DNA from: Octopus sinensis | Taxonomy: Eukaryota | DNA length: 10,171 nt | Assembly (NCBI RefSeq): GCF_006345805.1 | Contig: NW_021827482.1 | Location: 1-10,171 of the forward strand | Direction of reading: 5' to 3' | Part shown: piece by piece, positions 8,576 to 10,171 of the stretch | How the letters are laid out: every line of letters starts with the position of its first letter | Numbering within the stretch: the first letter of the stretch is position 1 | Notes under the pieces: model-generated | Database searches by the model: none | What the model saw: the letters and a program-made list of their open reading frames with translations, nothing else | What the model was told of the DNA's origin: nothing | Translations under genes and position numbers: made by a program

Positions 8576-8758
8576 ATGCTTCACACATTTTTTCTCTCTT
8601 TGTTTCTCTCCTTGTTTTTTTTCTGTGTCCCTTTCTGTAGAAGAGCGTAGGCTCGAAACGTAAAAGGCTTTTTCAATTCCTGAGCGTTATACTAATACAT
8701 CTGTTTGTTTTGTACACCACCTGTCTTCGTCTTTTTTTTTTCGCGAACTCTCCCCCTA
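8576..8758 (+). mobile_element. Short hammerhead-bearing segment between microsatellites (PLE pseudo-LTR remnant or retrozyme-like)
   Basis: Pyrimidine-rich ~180 bp block flanked by TA-rich tracts that contains the hammerhead at 8630-8667. Family assignment is inference. Confidence 0.45.
8630..8667 (+). ncRNA. 38-nt minimal type I hammerhead ribozyme motif with atypical core
   Basis: Stem I CCTTT 8630-8634 / AAAGG 8663-8667. Core CTGTAGA 8635-8641 plus extra A 8642. Stem II GAGC-GTAG-GCTC 8643-8654; GAAA 8655-8658; palindromic ACGT stem III 8658-8661; GUA cleavage triplet 8660-8662. Confidence 0.65.
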
Positions 8759-9446
8759 TACATACATATGTGTGGTGTGTGTGTGTGTGTGTGTGGGTCG
8801 TCATTACATTTGTATAAAGTGTACATGTGGTGGTGTGCGTGTGCGTGTGTGTGTGCTTGCGTGTGTGTTTGTGTGTCCATGTATTTATAGACTACTGAGA
8901 TTTCGTCAATATAAATTATGCGCACCAAAGCAAAAAGTGCAAGAGACCTTCTTTCTACTGACGGACTTAATCTACGTATGAATCGCAACGGAAGGCTATC
9001 AATGCTTGACAAATTATTTACGAAACATGAAGGAACCATGAATAAGGAATGAACAGCACAAGTAAATAAGATGGTGCAGTACATTTGTGAAGAAATAACC
9101 AGCACTCGCAAGCGGTAGGATATGTCTTTCTAAAGTATGTATTACTCGCGGATTTATAGTCTGTTATATTTCTCTTGCATCTTGACACTTTCGAGGTTTA
9201 ATATATGTAATAAAGTTATTATATTTTCTGAACATTTGGATATGTTCGTACTATTTCTTTTAAACGAGAGAAAAGAATGGAGAAAGTGTATGGCGAAACT
9301 ACTGGTTGTAAGCAATTAAGCTACGCATAACTTGCTGAAATATTTCGCCATGCTGCAAGAGATCTGCTAATTATGTAGAACTTGTTTGTATGATATGTGT
9401 TATATCCACATATTTGACGAGGTGTTATATACACCAAAGCAACCAC

Positions 9447-9448
<2 letters not shown>

Positions 9449-9525
<77 letters not shown>
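9449..9525. repeat. (TG)n microsatellite
   Basis: Direct reading. Confidence 0.97.
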
Positions 9526-9530
<5 letters not shown>

Positions 9531-9539
9531 ATATAAGTG

Positions 9540-9752
9540 TTTCAAACCTTGGTACAAGGCCAGTAACTTAAAGGGCGGGAGTAAGTCGATTACATCGATC
9601 CCAGTCCTCGACTAGTACTAATTTTATCGACCCCCGAAAGGTTGAAAAGCAAAGTCAGCCTCGGCGGAATTTGAAACCAGAACATAAAAATCCGGAAGAA
9701 ATGTCAATAAGCATTTTGTCCGACTTGCTAACGTTTCTACCTGATCACCGTC
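9540..9752 (-). mobile_element. tRNA-derived SINE of a second family (central domain resembles the MetaSINE domain)
   Basis: The minus strand reads gacggtgatcaggtagaaacgttagc... with B-box-like GGTTTCAAATTCC, then gctgactttgcttttcaacctttcgggggtcgataaaattagtactag. That resembles, from memory, the Meta domain shared with Sauria SINE; not searched. Confidence 0.65.
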
Positions 9753-9790
9753 ATACATACTATATAATGAGACGCATGTAGAATATGTAT

Positions 9791-9975
9791 GTGTGTGTTT
9801 GTGTGACGTCCCCCGTAACTTAGCCGTTCGGCAAAAGGGACCGATGAATAAGTACTAAGATTACAAGAATAAGTCCTGGGGGTCAATTTGCTCGACTAAA
9901 GGCGGTGTTCCAGCATGGCCGCAATGAAATGATTGAAACGAGTAAAAGAGTAAAAGAGAGTAAAGAGTAAAGAGT
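9791..9975 (+). mobile_element. 5'-truncated copy (3' half) of the 7489-7850 SINE with a tandem GAGTAAA(A) tail
   Basis: Aligns by eye with 7715-7850; the tail gagtaaaa/gagtaaa repeats about 4-5 times before (TA)n. Confidence 0.85.
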
Positions 9976-10085
9976 ATATATATATATATATATATATATA
10001 ATAATTATTAATAAGGGTGAGAGAATTAGATACTAATTTAATAGTATATCTATTCAACACCAAGTGGTGACCACTCTCTTATATT

Positions 10086-10145
<60 letters not shown>

Positions 10146-10171
10146 ATATATATATATATATATATATATAT
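9976..10171. repeat. (TA)n microsatellites interrupted by ~70 bp of unique-looking sequence
   Basis: Direct reading. Confidence 0.9.

Overview
AT-rich, microsatellite-dense eukaryotic DNA with no intact host gene; it is a mosaic of decayed mobile elements separated by (TA)n/(TG)n/(TATG)n tracts. The SINE families resemble ones I recall from octopus/cephalopod genomes (inference, not searched). The main element is a 5'-truncated, frameshifted Penelope-like retroelement (PLE) at ~2021-5654 (+) with RT, a Cys-rich linker and a C-terminal GIY-YIG endonuclease. Its 3' region carries five fixed-spacing CCAAT-box/CRE modules, then a TATA box, an initiator, a perfect Kozak ATG and a splice donor. Two minimal type I hammerhead ribozyme motifs with non-canonical cores lie outside this copy (324-449 and 8630-8667, both +). 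Also present: an RTE-like LINE 3' tail with a C2H2 finger (-), a Helitron helicase C-terminus with hairpin-CTAG end (+), and several tRNA-derived SINE pieces. Most ORFs in the supplied track are microsatellite artefacts.
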